Of a stretch of DNA of 61,079 bases, positions 13,401-26,693 are shown one piece after another. The notes below the pieces were generated by a model, which saw nothing but the letters and a program-made list of their open reading frames with translations, was not told the origin of the DNA and did no database searches. Every line of letters begins with the position of its first letter. Position 1 is the first letter of the stretch. Origin of the DNA: Malacoraja senta (taxonomy: Eukaryota); the NCBI GenBank assembly GCA_038087875.1, contig JAXLNO010000228.1, positions 1-61,079 on the forward strand. Reading direction: 5' to 3'. The position numbers and the translations under genes were made by a program.

Positions 13401-14180
13401 AATCAAGAATCTATCTATCTCTGCCTTAAATATATCCAGACTTTGCCTCTACAGCCTTCTGTGGCAAAGTATTCCACAGATTCACCACCTTCTGACTAAA
13501 GACATTTCTCCTCATCTCCTTCCTAAAAGAACATCCTTTAATTCTGAGGCTACAGTATGACCTCTAGTTCTGGACTCTCCCACTAGTGGAAACATCCTCT
13601 CCACATCCACTCTATCCAAGCCTTTCACTATTCTGTACGTTTCAATGAGGTCCCGCCTTGGGTCGGGGCCCTTCCTCACACACTTTGTTTTGCACATCTC
13701 TATTGTTCTTGTGTCGACAGCTTCCTCTGGCAGCTCGTTCCATGAACATACCACACTCTGCATGAAGATACTACCCCTCAGCTTCCCTTGAAATCGTTCC
13801 CCTCTCAGCTTAAGTACTGGACCACTCTATCCTAGGATAAAGTGTGTGACCATTCACCTTGTCTATTCATCTTCTGATTCTGGATACCTCCATAAGGTCA
13901 CCCTTCTGCCTCTTACGTTTCAGGGAAAAAAGATCCTAGCCCATCCAGCCTCTTATAATCCAGCCCTCGAGTCCTGTTAACATCTTTTCTGCATACTTTC
14001 CAGGTTAATGTCATCCCTCCGATAGGCATGTGACCAGAACTGCACACAATACTCCAAACGTGATCTCACCAACGTCATATATAGCTGCAACGGTGAAATC
14101 TCAACTCCGACACTCAATACCCTGACCGATGACGGCAGGCGTACCAAATGCCTTCTTCACCTTCCTGTCTTTCTGTGTCA
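10415..14180. mobile_element. Cluster of CR1/HER1 LINE 3' fragments in both orientations, mixed with Penelope repeats
   Basis: Repeated ORF2 C-terminal motifs (GLDRVDVERMFPLVGES.TRGH, FF.QRVV.LWN.LP) and 3' UTR gggccgaatggcct / gggccgaagggcctg. Confidence 0.85.
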
Positions 14181-17100
14181 CTACTTGCAGGGAACTCTAT
14201 ACCCAAGTGTCCCTGCACTAACTCAGCGGGACAGGCAGCATCTCTGCAGAGACCTGAATCGTCACCCTTTCCTGAGTTACTCCAGCTTCGGTTTAAACCA
14301 GCATCTGCAGTTCCTTCCTATAACAATCTCCATGTCCCTGCCATTTATTGTGCAAGTTCTGCCCTGGTTTGACTTCGCAATATGCAAACCCTCGCATTTA
14401 TCTAAATTAAAATCCATCCGCCATTCCTTAGCGGATGCTTCTATAAACTTTGATCATTTTCCTTACCGTCCTTTCTACCACCTTGGTGTTAACTACATCA
14501 TCCAAATCGTTAATGGAGATGACCAACAACACCAGCACAGTGTTGCACTCTATGTTGTAGAGCTTTCCATATATTAAGACGCCCTGATTTCAATTTCAAA
14601 TTCCACCCTGCCCAAGCCCTTTACACTATGGGATTCCCAAATATTAAATTTACATACCATTATGACTCTGTCATTCTTTAAACTCTGTGATCTCCCGACA
14701 TATTTCCTCCTCTAATTCGCACCGACTATTCTGGGAGCGTATATAACAGGCAACACAGTGGAGCAGAGGTAGAGTTCCTGCCTTACAGCCCCAGAGACCT
14801 GGAACCAGTCCTGACTACGGGTACTGTATGTACGGAGTTTGTACATTTTCCTTGTGACCATGTGGGTTTTCCCAGATGCACCGGTATCTACCCACACTCC
14901 AAAGATGTAAAGGCTTGTAGGTTAATTGGCTTTCGTAAGTGGTAAAATTGTCCCTGATGTGTAAGATAGTGCTAGTGTATGTGGTGATCATTGGTCATAG
15001 GGTCATTGAGTGATACAGTGTGGAAACAGGTCCATCGACCCAACTTGTCCACACCAACCAACATGTCCCAGCTGCACTAGTCCCACCTGCCTGCGTTTGG
15101 TCCATATCCCTCCAAACTCGTCCTATCCATGTACCTGTCTAACTGTTTCTTAAATGTTGGGATAGTCCACGTCTCAACTACCACCTCCGGCAGCTTGTTC
15201 CATACACACACCACCCTTTGTGTGAAAAGGTTACTCCCCAGATTCCTATAAAATATTTTTCCCTTCACCTTAAACCGATGTCCTCTGGTTCTCGGGGTCA
15301 ACTCTGGGCAAGAGACTGGTCGGCATGGACTCGGTGGGCTGTTTCCATGCTGTATCTCTAAAGTCGAAAGTAAAGTCTAAACACGGTGGTAAAGAAGGCG
15401 AATGGTATGCTTGCCTTCATTGCTAGGGGCATTGAGTATCAGAATCAGGGAGTCATGATGCTGTTCTATTGGACTTTTGGTTAGAAACATTGCGTACAGT
15501 TCTGGTCATCCCATTACAGGAAGGATGTGGAGGCTTTGGAAAGATGCAGGTGAGGTTACCAGAATACTGAAACAGTGGAAACAAATGCTGGTTTACACCA
15601 AAGATAGACACAAAGTGCTGGAGTAACTCAGAGGGTCAGGCAGCATTCGGTGGGTCGAAGGGCCTGTTTCCACGGTGTATCTCTAAACTAAACTCATCCA
15701 TGACAATGCAGCTCGCTTGTTTGGTATATCACCCAGCGGTTCACAATGTCACTGCAGTTTGTAACATCCACAAAATGCACTGCATTTGCCTATTTTGGCA
15801 GCACCTCACAAAACCGCATCTCTCTCAGCATGGACAGGGGGAATGGGAACATAGGAACACCTCCTCCTGCTGGGCCCCCAACAAACGCACAACATCCTGA
15901 CTTGGAAACACATTGCGGCTCTTCCAAATCCCGAAACTCTTAACCCTGGAACAATGTGTGAGTGCCTTCATTAGGAAACACTTCCGTGCAACAAGGTGAC
16001 TCACCACCACCTAGAAGGCAATTAAGGATCAACAATAATTGTAGACACCAACATTTGAAAAAAAAATTGTTATGAAGTGTTCTGTATCAAATGGTATGAA
16101 CACTGAAGATCAACACAACATGCTGGAGTAACTCAGTGAGTCAGACAGCACAGACATAGAAAATAGGTGCCATTCGGCCCTTTGAGCATGGTTGATCATG
16201 ACCATGGGTGATCATCCAAATCAGTACCCCCGTTTAACCTACAAGCCTTTACATCTTTGGAGTGTGTGTAGATACCGGTGCATCTGGGAAAACCCACATG
16301 CTCACAAGGAAAATGTACAAACTCCGTACCCGTACATACAGTACCCCGTTCCTACTTTTTCCCCATATGCCTTGATTCCATTAGCCTTAAGAGCTAAAAT
16401 CTATCTCTCTCTTGAAAACATCCAGTGAATTAGCCCCCACTGCCTTCTGTGGCAGAGAATTCCAAAGATTCACAACTCTGGGTGAAAACATTTTTCCTCA
16501 TCTCAGTCCAAAATGGCCTACCCCTTATTCTTAAACAGTGACCCCTGGTTCTGGACTCCCCCAACATTGGGAACATTTTTCCTGTATCTAGCCTGTCCAA
16601 TCCCTTAAGAATTTAATGTTTTTATAACCCTGTGTGAATGCCTTCATTAGAAAAGCACTCCCGTGCAAGAAGGTGACTCACCACCACCTAGAAGGCAATT
16701 AAGGATCAACAATGAGTGTAGACAACATTAGGAAAAAAAATGTTGAGAGGTGTTCTGTAACACAAAGTGCTGGAGTAACTCAGTGGGTCAGACAGCATCT
16801 CTGACAAAAAGGATAGGTGACGTTTGGGGTCAGAACCCTTCTTCAGACACTATGAACACTGAATTCTACAGTTTTGAGCAACTAATCAACAACACCCCAC
16901 CCACCTATATCCCTTCGTCTGGCTTCATATTTTACTCCTTTTCTCTCCTTATCTCACAGCCTTTTGTTTCTTCCCATCTCTGGCCTTTGTCCACCCATCT
17001 GCCAATCACCCACCTGTATCCATCTATCACGATACTGAAGTAACGCAGGCAGCATTTTCTGGATAGAAGAAGTTTGGTGACGTTTGATGTCGAGACCCTC

Positions 17101-18810
17101 CTTCAGACTGAAAGTCAGAGGAGAGGGAGACACAGAGATATGGAAGGGTAAGGTGTGAAAACAAGAGATCAAAAGGGTCAAAGGTCAAGGAAAATGTACA
17201 ATGACATCATTGTTAGCTTGGGGAAGTGACACGATGCATATAAAGATAAAATTTAATCAGGAGGACAGTCAGACTGTCAGAGAACTAGGATTGGGGGGCG
17301 ATGGAGAGAGGGGGAAAGCAAGGGTAACTTGAAGTTCGAGAAATCAAAATCAGGCCGCTGGGGTGTAAGCTGCCTAAGCGAAATATGAGGTGCTGTTCCT
17401 CTAATTTGCACTGGCCTCACTCTGACAATGGAGGAGGCCCAGGACAGAAAGGTCAGTGTGGGAATGAGAGGGGGAGTTAAAGTGTTTATACCGGGAGGTC
17501 CTGTACGTTTAGGCAGCTGAGCGGAGAGGTGTTCAGTGAAATGATCGGCGAGCCTGCGCTTGGTCTCACAGATATATAGGAGTCACACCTGGAACGGCTG
17601 ATACGGTAGCATGAGCTGGTGGAGGTGCAGTGATCCTCTGCCTCACCTGAAAGGCTTTATTCTACCTCTCCTCTCTTCCACTTTTCTCCCCCCCCCACCC
17701 ACAATCAGTCGAAGAAGGGTCCCGACCTAGGACATCGCCCGGCCATGTTCTCCGAGCTGCTGCCTGTGCCCGCTGTTACTCCAGCACTTTGTGTCCTCTT
17801 TTCTGCATTTCCTTGTGCCTGCAAGCATTCTAACAGGATCTGCATTTTACTAAATTGTTTATTGCATCCTGATAATATGATTCACCCATTTCTGCAGACT
17901 TAAAATAATAGACAATAGGTGCAGGAGTAGTCCATTCGGCCCTTCAAGCCAGCACCGCCATTCACTGTGATCATGGCTGATCATCCCCAATTTGTTCCTG
18001 CCTTCTCCCCATATCCCCTGACTCCACTATCTTTAAGAGCTCTATCTAACTCTCTCTTGAAAGTATCCAGAGAATCGGCCTACACCTGTGTTCTGAGGCA
18101 GAGAATTCCACAGATTCACAACTCTCTGGGTGAAAAAGTTTTTCCTCATCTCCTTTCTAAATGGCCTACCCCTTATTCTTAAATTGTGGTCCTTGGTTCT
18201 GGACTCCCACAACATTGGGAACATGATTTCATTGCCTCCAGCTGTCCAAACCCTTAATGATCTTATATGTTTCAATAAGATCACCTCTCATCCTTCTAAA
18301 TTCCAGTGTATACAAGCCCAGTCGCTCCAAATTTTAGCATTGTAAAAAACATCTGAAGGTGGTTTGAAGTTAATCCAGATTAATCCTGTATCCAGTGGGA
18401 AGGTACAAATATTCACAACTTCTAATGTACTCAGTTCCTGAATGCAGCAGAGATCCATTGAACCCCGATTGTTTTGCTGAACACATATGCTCAGTCGCCT
18501 GGGCCTACGCGATCTCCCCAGTGCCAAAACACTTTAACACCCGTTCTCATTCCCATACTGGCCTTTCTGTCCTGGGCTTCCTCCACTGTCAGAGGGAAAT
18601 TGGAGGAACAGCATCTCATATTTCGCTTGGGCAGGTTACACCAGTGGTATGAATATTGATTTATTTAGAGTCATAGTGTCAAAGAGACTTACAGTGTGGA
18701 ACAGGCCCTTCGGCCCATCTTGCCCACGCCGGCCAACATGTCCAATCTGCCTGCGTTTGGCCAATAACCTTCTAAACCTGTCCTATCCATATACCTGTTT
18801 AAATGTTTCC

Positions 18811-19290
18811 TGTGATACTCCCTTGTAGATCAATCACTATTGGCTGATTTGATCCATGTATGGTTTTGCTATTTAGGATCCCGATCCCTAATCCGTGTCG
18901 GGTTTCCACCATGCCATCCTGTGAAAAGCACCCATACTTTCAGACGACTTTGAGCCTACAGTAACTGTTGCTATGGTCTCTGTATGTATTCTTATTAAAG
19001 TACTTATTATGAAGTTCTATGACTCAGTGTCAACTGTACTTTACACATGGTGTCAGAAGTGGAATCCGAACCCACGACTCCAGTTGGAGACCAAACATAA
19101 AAGCTCCCTGTGAAGGCGATTGTTTAACGATGGACATGTGACAGCAGACCGCGAGCGGTCCTGGGATCAGGACTTTGTCTCTACACTTGAGAAAGAACCA
19201 GCAGTGGGGCCAGTGCTGATGGTAAATCTCCCGTGAGGCCCGTGGAGAAAGTCCCCCTTGAAATCTGTGAGGGTTGGTCATCGCCCTCTA
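18811..19290 (+). mobile_element. Truncated LTR retroelement: ~237-bp LTR (TG..CA, attaaa signal), tRNA-Leu PBS and leader, inside a CR1 fragment
   Basis: tgtgatac (18811)...ttacaca (19047), immediately followed by tggtgtcagaagtgg (19048). CR1 sequence resumes near 19295. Confidence 0.7.
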
Positions 19291-20924
19291 CTTACCTCAA
19301 ACTACCTCCTCCAGCAGTTCATTCCATACACCCCCCGCCCTTTGCTTAGTTACCCTCAGGCTCATATTAAATCTGACACCCTTTCTAATTTTAAGTAACC
19401 CCTTGTATCCCTCCCTCTCTGCCCTCCCCCGCCCTAGCCGTCCTCTACTAGTTTCCATTGTCCGTCTTGTTTAATTTCCACTAGTTCGTTAAACAACCCC
19501 CCCCTCATTATCACCTTTCCCAGCCAACAATGGACCAGTGTGGGCTCCAACTTTCCTTGGTCATCCTTGCTGGCCTTGATTTGTTCATTTCATACCTTTA
19601 ATTCTTCGTACCCTTTCATTCCCCTAGTTTCCTCTCTCTCCCCTAACTCTCAGTCTAAAGAAGGGTCTTGACCTGAAACGTCACCGATTCCTTTTCTCCA
19701 AGAATGCTGCCTGACCCGCTGAGTTATTCCAGCATTTTGTGTCTGTCCATTGGTACCACGCGACTTCTCATGAATCAGATATCATTATGAATGTGTCACA
19801 GCAATGTTGCAGCAAGTGAAAGCCCACAAGAATATCCACACTGGCCTGTGTTCTGCCCCCAATGCTCTCCTTTACCTATGAGGCTTCTTTCTCTTCAACA
19901 TGTTCACATGAATTCCAGCAACCCTGCAAGAGATTGGAAAAATAAAACATCCCATTATATTCAAACCACAAATCTGGGACCCCCACACCATACAAATAAC
20001 AGCAGCTGAGGTACACGCTTGATCCAATAGGCGATGTTATGGTATCTCCCTTAATGTACTATGTATACATATTCTGTTGTGCTGCAGCATGCATGAATTC
20101 CATTGCCCTATCTGGGTCATATGACAATAAAACATTCTTGAGTCTTGATTAATTTTAGACCCAGCCAAGGATAACTAACCCCTCAGCTTACAACCTATAT
20201 CGTATAACTTATTGGGTGGCGCAGCGGTAGAGATGCTGGTTTACAGTGCCAAAGACCCGGGTTCGAACCTGACTACGGGTGCTGTCTGTACAGAGTTTGT
20301 ACGTTCTCTGGTCAACACGCAACAAAAGCATTTCACTGTACCTCGGTACACGTGACAATAAACTGAACTCAAACTCTCCCCGTGACCGCGTGGGTTTTCC
20401 CGGGAGTGCCGGCTTCCACCCACACTCCAAAGACGTACAGGTTTGTAGGTGAATTGGCTTCGGTAAAAATTATAAATTGTCCCTTGCGTGTGGGATAGTG
20501 CTAGTGTACCGGGATCACTGGTCGGCGCGGACTCGGTGGGCCGAAGGTCCTGTTTCCGTACTGTATCTCTAAACTAAGCTAAATAAGCTCACTAGAACTG
20601 TGTGATGGTGTAGAGGGATACCATGGGTAAATGGGAATGCAGAGTTGAGCAATGATTGTATTAGACGGTCGAGCAGGTTTCAGAGATTAATCCAGATCCT
20701 ATTTCACATGGAGTAATTGAGGTGAACAGACTAATTGGTTGAGGCTAATTTGATTGGAATCCAGCAAACCAACCGATGAAACTTGTTTAGATATACAGCG
20801 CGGGAACAGGCCCTTCGGCCCACAGAGTCCGCACCGACCATAGATCCCTGCACATTAACACAATCCTACACACACTGGGGACAATTTACACATACACCAA
20901 GCCAATTAACCTACACACCTGTAC

Positions 20925-21966
20925 TAGGTGTGTTACAATACTTACCTTCAGTCGCGCTGCAATTCTGCCACTGGCCGTGTGCGCGATTTTGGCGCCTTTA
21001 AGGGGGGGGCGGGTTTAAAACGCGGGTTTCTCCTACCTTGTCCTGAATTATATTTCGTTGGAGTACAAGCGTTTCCTAAAAAATCATTCCTAGGGGCGTT
21101 TTGTGAATTTTTTATTTTATTAAATCGACAATGTCAGCACTGGAGTTGTTTTAAAATCAGCTCCTGAAGCCGTCAACGCCGATAACGGGGACGGATTTCA
21201 CGTACGGGACAGGTAAACGAAAGTGGTTTATTTTAATGTATAAAAGTGCTTCTTAAGAAGCCTTTAATTCACATTTTTTCATGCGAAACGGTGATTTTAT
21301 TCCCCGAACTAACGGCAGTATTTTTCATGCCAATACGGGCTTAAATTCACCGCAAATGAACGTTCCAATTGATTGCGTTCCAGAAATCCTCACTCGCAAG
21401 ATGATTTAAATGCCCATTAATTTACAGGTATTAAACATTCAATTCCTTCCATTTGGCCTGTAAATTCATGACAATGAGATTTAAAAATTATGTTATATTG
21501 TGAATTCTTGTGTGAATGTTATTTGGACACTTAGGCTATTTAAAAATGTTAATCTATTCTTAAGAAATTGATAGATGTTTAGATCTAGTAATTGAATTTT
21601 GTAATTAGCTACAATTAGGTAACTAACTAATTATATGCTTTAATTTCATGTCTTCTAAGTAAGATTGTTTCATATTTGTTTCAGAATGCTTCAATCTATA
21701 ATAACTGAAAATTTATTTCAGTTCTCTAAATTTTTAAGAAAGTTATGGGCTTTTAACTGTCCTCGATCACAGCTTTTGTGTTAAGTCAATGGAAAAGCAA
21801 TAGGGAACAAGATGCTAATTTCCGAGTATGAAAATGGCCATAACTTTTTTAATACTGAAGATATGAAAGTGAATTAGGTGTCAAATTAAACTTCTTTTTA
21901 TGCTTTATCTGATGGGATAAATTGCAGACTTTATTTTTAAAATCTCAAAATTTTGTAACATTGCTA
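20925..21966. mobile_element. Non-autonomous DNA transposon (~1.04 kb, TAG..CTA ends, 7-bp TSD) inside a V-SINE
   Basis: Imperfect TIR taggtgtgttacaa / ttgtaacattgcta. TSD cctgtac (20918-20924) / cctgtat (21967-21973). The SINE reads through across the insertion. Confidence 0.75.
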
Positions 21967-23854
21967 CCTGTATGTCTTTGGAGTGTGGGACAGGCAGCAT
22001 CTCTGGATAGAAGGAATGGGTGACGTTTCGGGTTGAGACCCTTCTTCAGACTGGTTTCCACGCTGTATCTCTAAACTAAACTAAACTTATGGAATGAAAT
22101 GGAGAATCAGGCAGAGTACGGGAAGAGAACAGGTCGGCGTGTTAGCAGGCGTGGAGGGCAGGAGTGTACTTTGTTAAACAGTATTACAGCAGTTACATAA
22201 GAAAAACTTTATTGTTTTTGCAATGGAAAATCTAGAACCTGCTGCTAGGGCCCAACCACTCCAAATTTGGTATGAAAACAAACCGCAGTTATGACTCAGA
22301 CAGCAAAAACTAAATTAAAACCAATTCAGTTAGTGTGAGCTTTTTCTAAACTCAGTCTTAAACAAAATTGAAAACTCTCGCTGCCAGTACTTCCTGTTTG
22401 ATATATATCTGTGAAACAACTTAAACTTGTGTCGTTGATTTTAATATCAGAGCCAAACAAAATAGTGACAGTATCTGTCAACTCACAGCAGAATTTCCAT
22501 AGTTTGTGCTACAATCTACTTGTTTTACACTTACCAAACATCTTGTTTCTGTCGGGTAAATTTTAATGTGCGTTATTACCTTAAGCTCAATATCGTTTAG
22601 GTTTCCAAGAACAAACCTCGTAGCCCAAGGATGTTCAATGGTTTACAGCAAAGATAGACGGACACAAATTTCAACAATCTGCCTATCAGATAACCCCCTC
22701 AGCTGAGGTCATCGCATGCGTGCCTTGATTTGTCTTTCCTCTTTACACTTCCAGTCTTTCTCCCCGCTCTCCCTACTACAATCAGTCTGAAGAAGGGCCC
22801 CAATCAGAAACGTCACCTACTTATTATCTCCAGAGATGCTGCCTGACCGGCTGAGCTACTCCAGCATTTTGTGTCGATCTTTGGTATAAACCAGCATTTG
22901 CAGTTTATTTTGATTACATTATTATGATCAATGGTTTAATGATTCAATGGTTCTTTACTGTCACATGTACACAAGTGCACTGAAAATACTTGCCCGCATA
23001 CAGTTGAGTTAAAAGCTAATGCCGAACATGATGCTAAATTAAACTGATCGGCAGGGGCCAAGTCAATGGGTATTTTTAAGGCAGAGATAGATAGATTATT
23101 GATTAGTACGGGTGTCAAGCGTTATGAGGAAAAGACAGGAGAATTGGATGAGGAGGGAGAGATAGATCAGCCATGATTGAATGGCGGAGTAGACTTGATG
23201 GGCTGAATGGTCCAATTCTGCTCCTATCACCTACAAACCTATGAATTTATGATCTCATCTGCCTGTACATGATCCATATCCCTCTATCACATAGACACGG
23301 TTGTATCAAAAACTACCACATGAATCAAACATTTGAAGTACAGTAGAGAACTGAGAATATATATAATGGTGCTTTCATGAAAGAAAAAGAAAGGAAATAT
23401 CCTGGAATTATGGCTGGTGAACTATGAATCTCCCTCCTTCTAAATGCAGGTCTGCCGCTATTTCCCAGCACCCTTGGGTCCACAGCCTTTCTGGATTATC
23501 CGTTTTGACAGACCATTGGAGTAGTGTTGCCAACTGTTCTGTACTAGCCGGGACTTCCCGTATTTTGGGCTAAATTGGTTTGTCTCATACGGGATCGCCC
23601 TTGTCCCATATTTAACTGCTACTACTCGGGTCGAGGGGACTGTCTGGTCGGAGCGCCGCATCCGGCCCAGCCTCATCCGTCCCGACGTAGTGCAGCCCAT
23701 GGAGTGCAGCAGCAGCGCCTCGCCCATGGCCCCGTCGGTCGGCAGCCCGGCCAGCTGTCCGACCTTCGGACCTTTGCTTACCGCCGACACCACCACCCAT
23801 CTTCTCATGGCCAATCATCTGTTGGATGGGGTGCCAGACCTTGCGCGCGACGTC

Positions 23855-26693
23855 CAGAGCTGCCAAGTTTTGTCAGAGCATTTCAGTATTCTAGTACCTG
23901 AAAATCAGTATTTTGCTGAGGAAATCAGTATTTTTACGCGGTGCCATTTTGCTGAAATTTTTTTAACTTTTTTTATGTGCGGTCATACCCATGTAAGAGT
24001 ACAAGAATGCATAACTTTGCTACCAATTGACATGTCTTCCACGCACCTTACTTGACAGTGCATTCATTGCCATCTCTGTATATTGCTGTTTGAATGGTTG
24101 CTTCCTGCTTTTAGCACCAGATGATGATGAAGAAGCCATTTTGGAAGGCTCCCTCTCTCTCCCTCGCTACCTCTCTTCCTCCCTCCCACTCCCTCCCTCT
24201 CCTTCCTTTTTTTTTAATCTCTCCCTCTCTTATTCCCTCCCTCCCTCTCCCTCTCTCCCTCCCCCTTGAGCCCACCCACTGTTCTGTAAAATCAAGGCCA
24301 ATCCCAATGTAACTGCAATCCCACTGGTAACCTTTCACCACTAGGCTTATCCAGAATTCTACCACTGCCTGAAAAATAATCAAAGGCTCAACTTCCACTG
24401 AGAAAGAGAATTCCAAAGACTCATTGTTATACGAGGATTTTCCCGAACTCTGTGACCCATAGCGCTGTAGCCATAGCGTTATGTGTAAAGCCCACAGTTC
24501 TCCTGCCGGTAGCGCTATATTTAGAACCCATAGCGCTGTAGCCGTCAGCTCTTTGTTTAAATTCCCACGCGTTAAACTGACAGCGTTCTGTTTAAACCTG
24601 GAGCGGGACAGGAAGATCAAAGTTTACAAAAATGATCATCCAGATCTTGAAATTTAAAATACTAATAGATTTAATGTGCTATAAATTGTAGAGGTACAGT
24701 ATGAATTTTTATATCCTTGCATATCTTAGATAAGCAAGATCTTAAGTCAATTTCAACGGGTTATTACTTTTCCATTGGCGCGTGGTATGCTAATGAAACA
24801 GGAAGTCGGGCCGATTTTTAAAAAATCCGTATTTAACAACGCAAAATCGTACATTATAGATATGTGAAGAGAAAGAGATTAGTTAAAACAAATGTAGGTC
24901 CCTTGCAGTCAGAAACAGGTGAATTGATCATGGGGAACAAGGATATGGCGGACCAATTGAATAACTACTTTGGTTCCGTCTTCACTAAGGAAGACATAAA
25001 TAATCTGCCGGAAATAGCAGGGGACCGCGGGCCAAAGGAGATGGAGGAACTGAGTGAAATCCAGGTTAGTCGGGAAGTGGTGTTGGGTAAATTGAATGGA
25101 TTAAAGGCCGATAAATCACCAGGGCCAGATAGGCTGCATCCCAGAATACTTAAGGAAGTAGCTCCAGAAATAGTGGATGCATTAGTGATAATTTTTCAAA
25201 ACTCTTTAGATTCTGGAGTAGTTCCTGAGGATTGGAGGGTAGCAAACATAACCCCACTTTTTAAGAAGGGAGAGAGAGAGAAAACGGGGAATTACAGACC
25301 AGTTAGTCTAACATCGGTAGTGGGGAAACTGCTAGAGTCAGTTATTAAAGATGGGATAGCAGCACATTTGGAAAGTGGTGAAATCATTGGACAAAGTCAG
25401 CATGGATTTACGAAAGGTAAATCATGTCTGACGAATCTTATAGAATTTTTCGAGGATGTAACTAGTAGAGTGGATAGGGGAGAACCAGTGGATGTGTTGT
25501 ATCTGGACTTTCAGAAGGCTTTCGACAAGGTCCCACATAAGAGATTAATATACAAACTTAAAGCACACGGTATTGGGGGTTCAGTAATGATGTAGACAGA
25601 GAACTAGTGGGGTACCGCAAGGCTCAGTGCTGGGACCCCAGCTATTTACAATTTATATTAATGATCTGGATGAGGGAATTGAAGGCAACATCTCCAAGTT
25701 TGCGGATGACACTAAGCTGGGGGGCAGTGTTAGCTGTGAGGAGGATGCTAGGAGACTGCAAGGTGACTTGGATAGGCTGGGTGAGTGGGCAAATGTTTGG
25801 CAGATGCAGTATAATGTGAGGTTATCCACTTTGGTGGCAAAAACAGGAAAGCAGACTATTATCTAAATGGTGGCCGATTAGGAAAAGGGGAGATGCAGCG
25901 AGACCTGGGTGTCATGGTACACCAGTCATTGAAAGTAGGCATGCAGGTGCAGCAGGCAGTGAAGAAAGCGAATGGTATGTTGGCCTTCATAGCAAGAGGA
26001 TTTGAGTATAGGAGCAGGGAGGTTCTACTGCAGTTGTACAGGGTCTTGGTGAGACCACACCTGGAGTATTGCGTACAGTTTTGGTCTCCAAATCTGAGGA
26101 AGGACATTATTGCCATAGAGGGAGTGCAGAGAAGGTTCACCAGACTGATTCCTGGGATGTCAGGACTTTCATATGAAGAAAGACTGGATAGACTCGGCTT
26201 ATACTCGCTAGAATTTAGGAGATTGAGAGGGGATCTTATAGAAACTTACAAAATTCTTATGGGGTTGGACAGGCTAGATGTAGGAAGATTGTTCCCGATG
26301 TTGGGGAAGTCCAGGACAAGGGGTCACAGCTTAAGGATAAGGGGGAAATCCTTTAAGACCGAGATGAGAAAAAACGTTTTCACACAGAGAGTGGTGAATC
26401 TCTGGAACTCTCTGCCACAGAGGGTAGTTGAGGCCAGTTCATTGGCTATATTTAAGAGGGAGTTAGATGTGGCCCTTGTGGCTAAAGGGATCAGGGGGTA
26501 TGGAGAGAAGGCAGGTACGGGATACTGAGTTGGATGATCAGCCATGATCATATTGAATGGCGGTGCAGGCTCGAAGGGCCGAATGGCCTACTCCTGCACC
26601 TATTTTCTATGTATCTATGTATCTATGTACATCAGTATTCTTATCGCATTTCCATACAAATGAACAGAAAATCTGTACTATTTGGCAGCTCTG
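23855..26693. mobile_element. hAT-like non-autonomous transposon nested in the previous element
   Basis: TIR cagagctgccaa / ttggcagctctg, flanked by gacgtc at 23849-23854 and 26694-26699. Confidence 0.8.
24855..26626 (+). pseudogene. 5'-truncated CR1/HER1 LINE, ORF2 reverse transcriptase (small deletions and frameshifts)
   Basis: [72 protein letters not shown], 3' (tatgtatc)n tail. Possible TSD gtacat. Confidence 0.95.

Noticed and set aside
23458..24055. Overlapping ORFs of 84-121 aa
   Set aside because: They cross junctions of nested DNA transposons.
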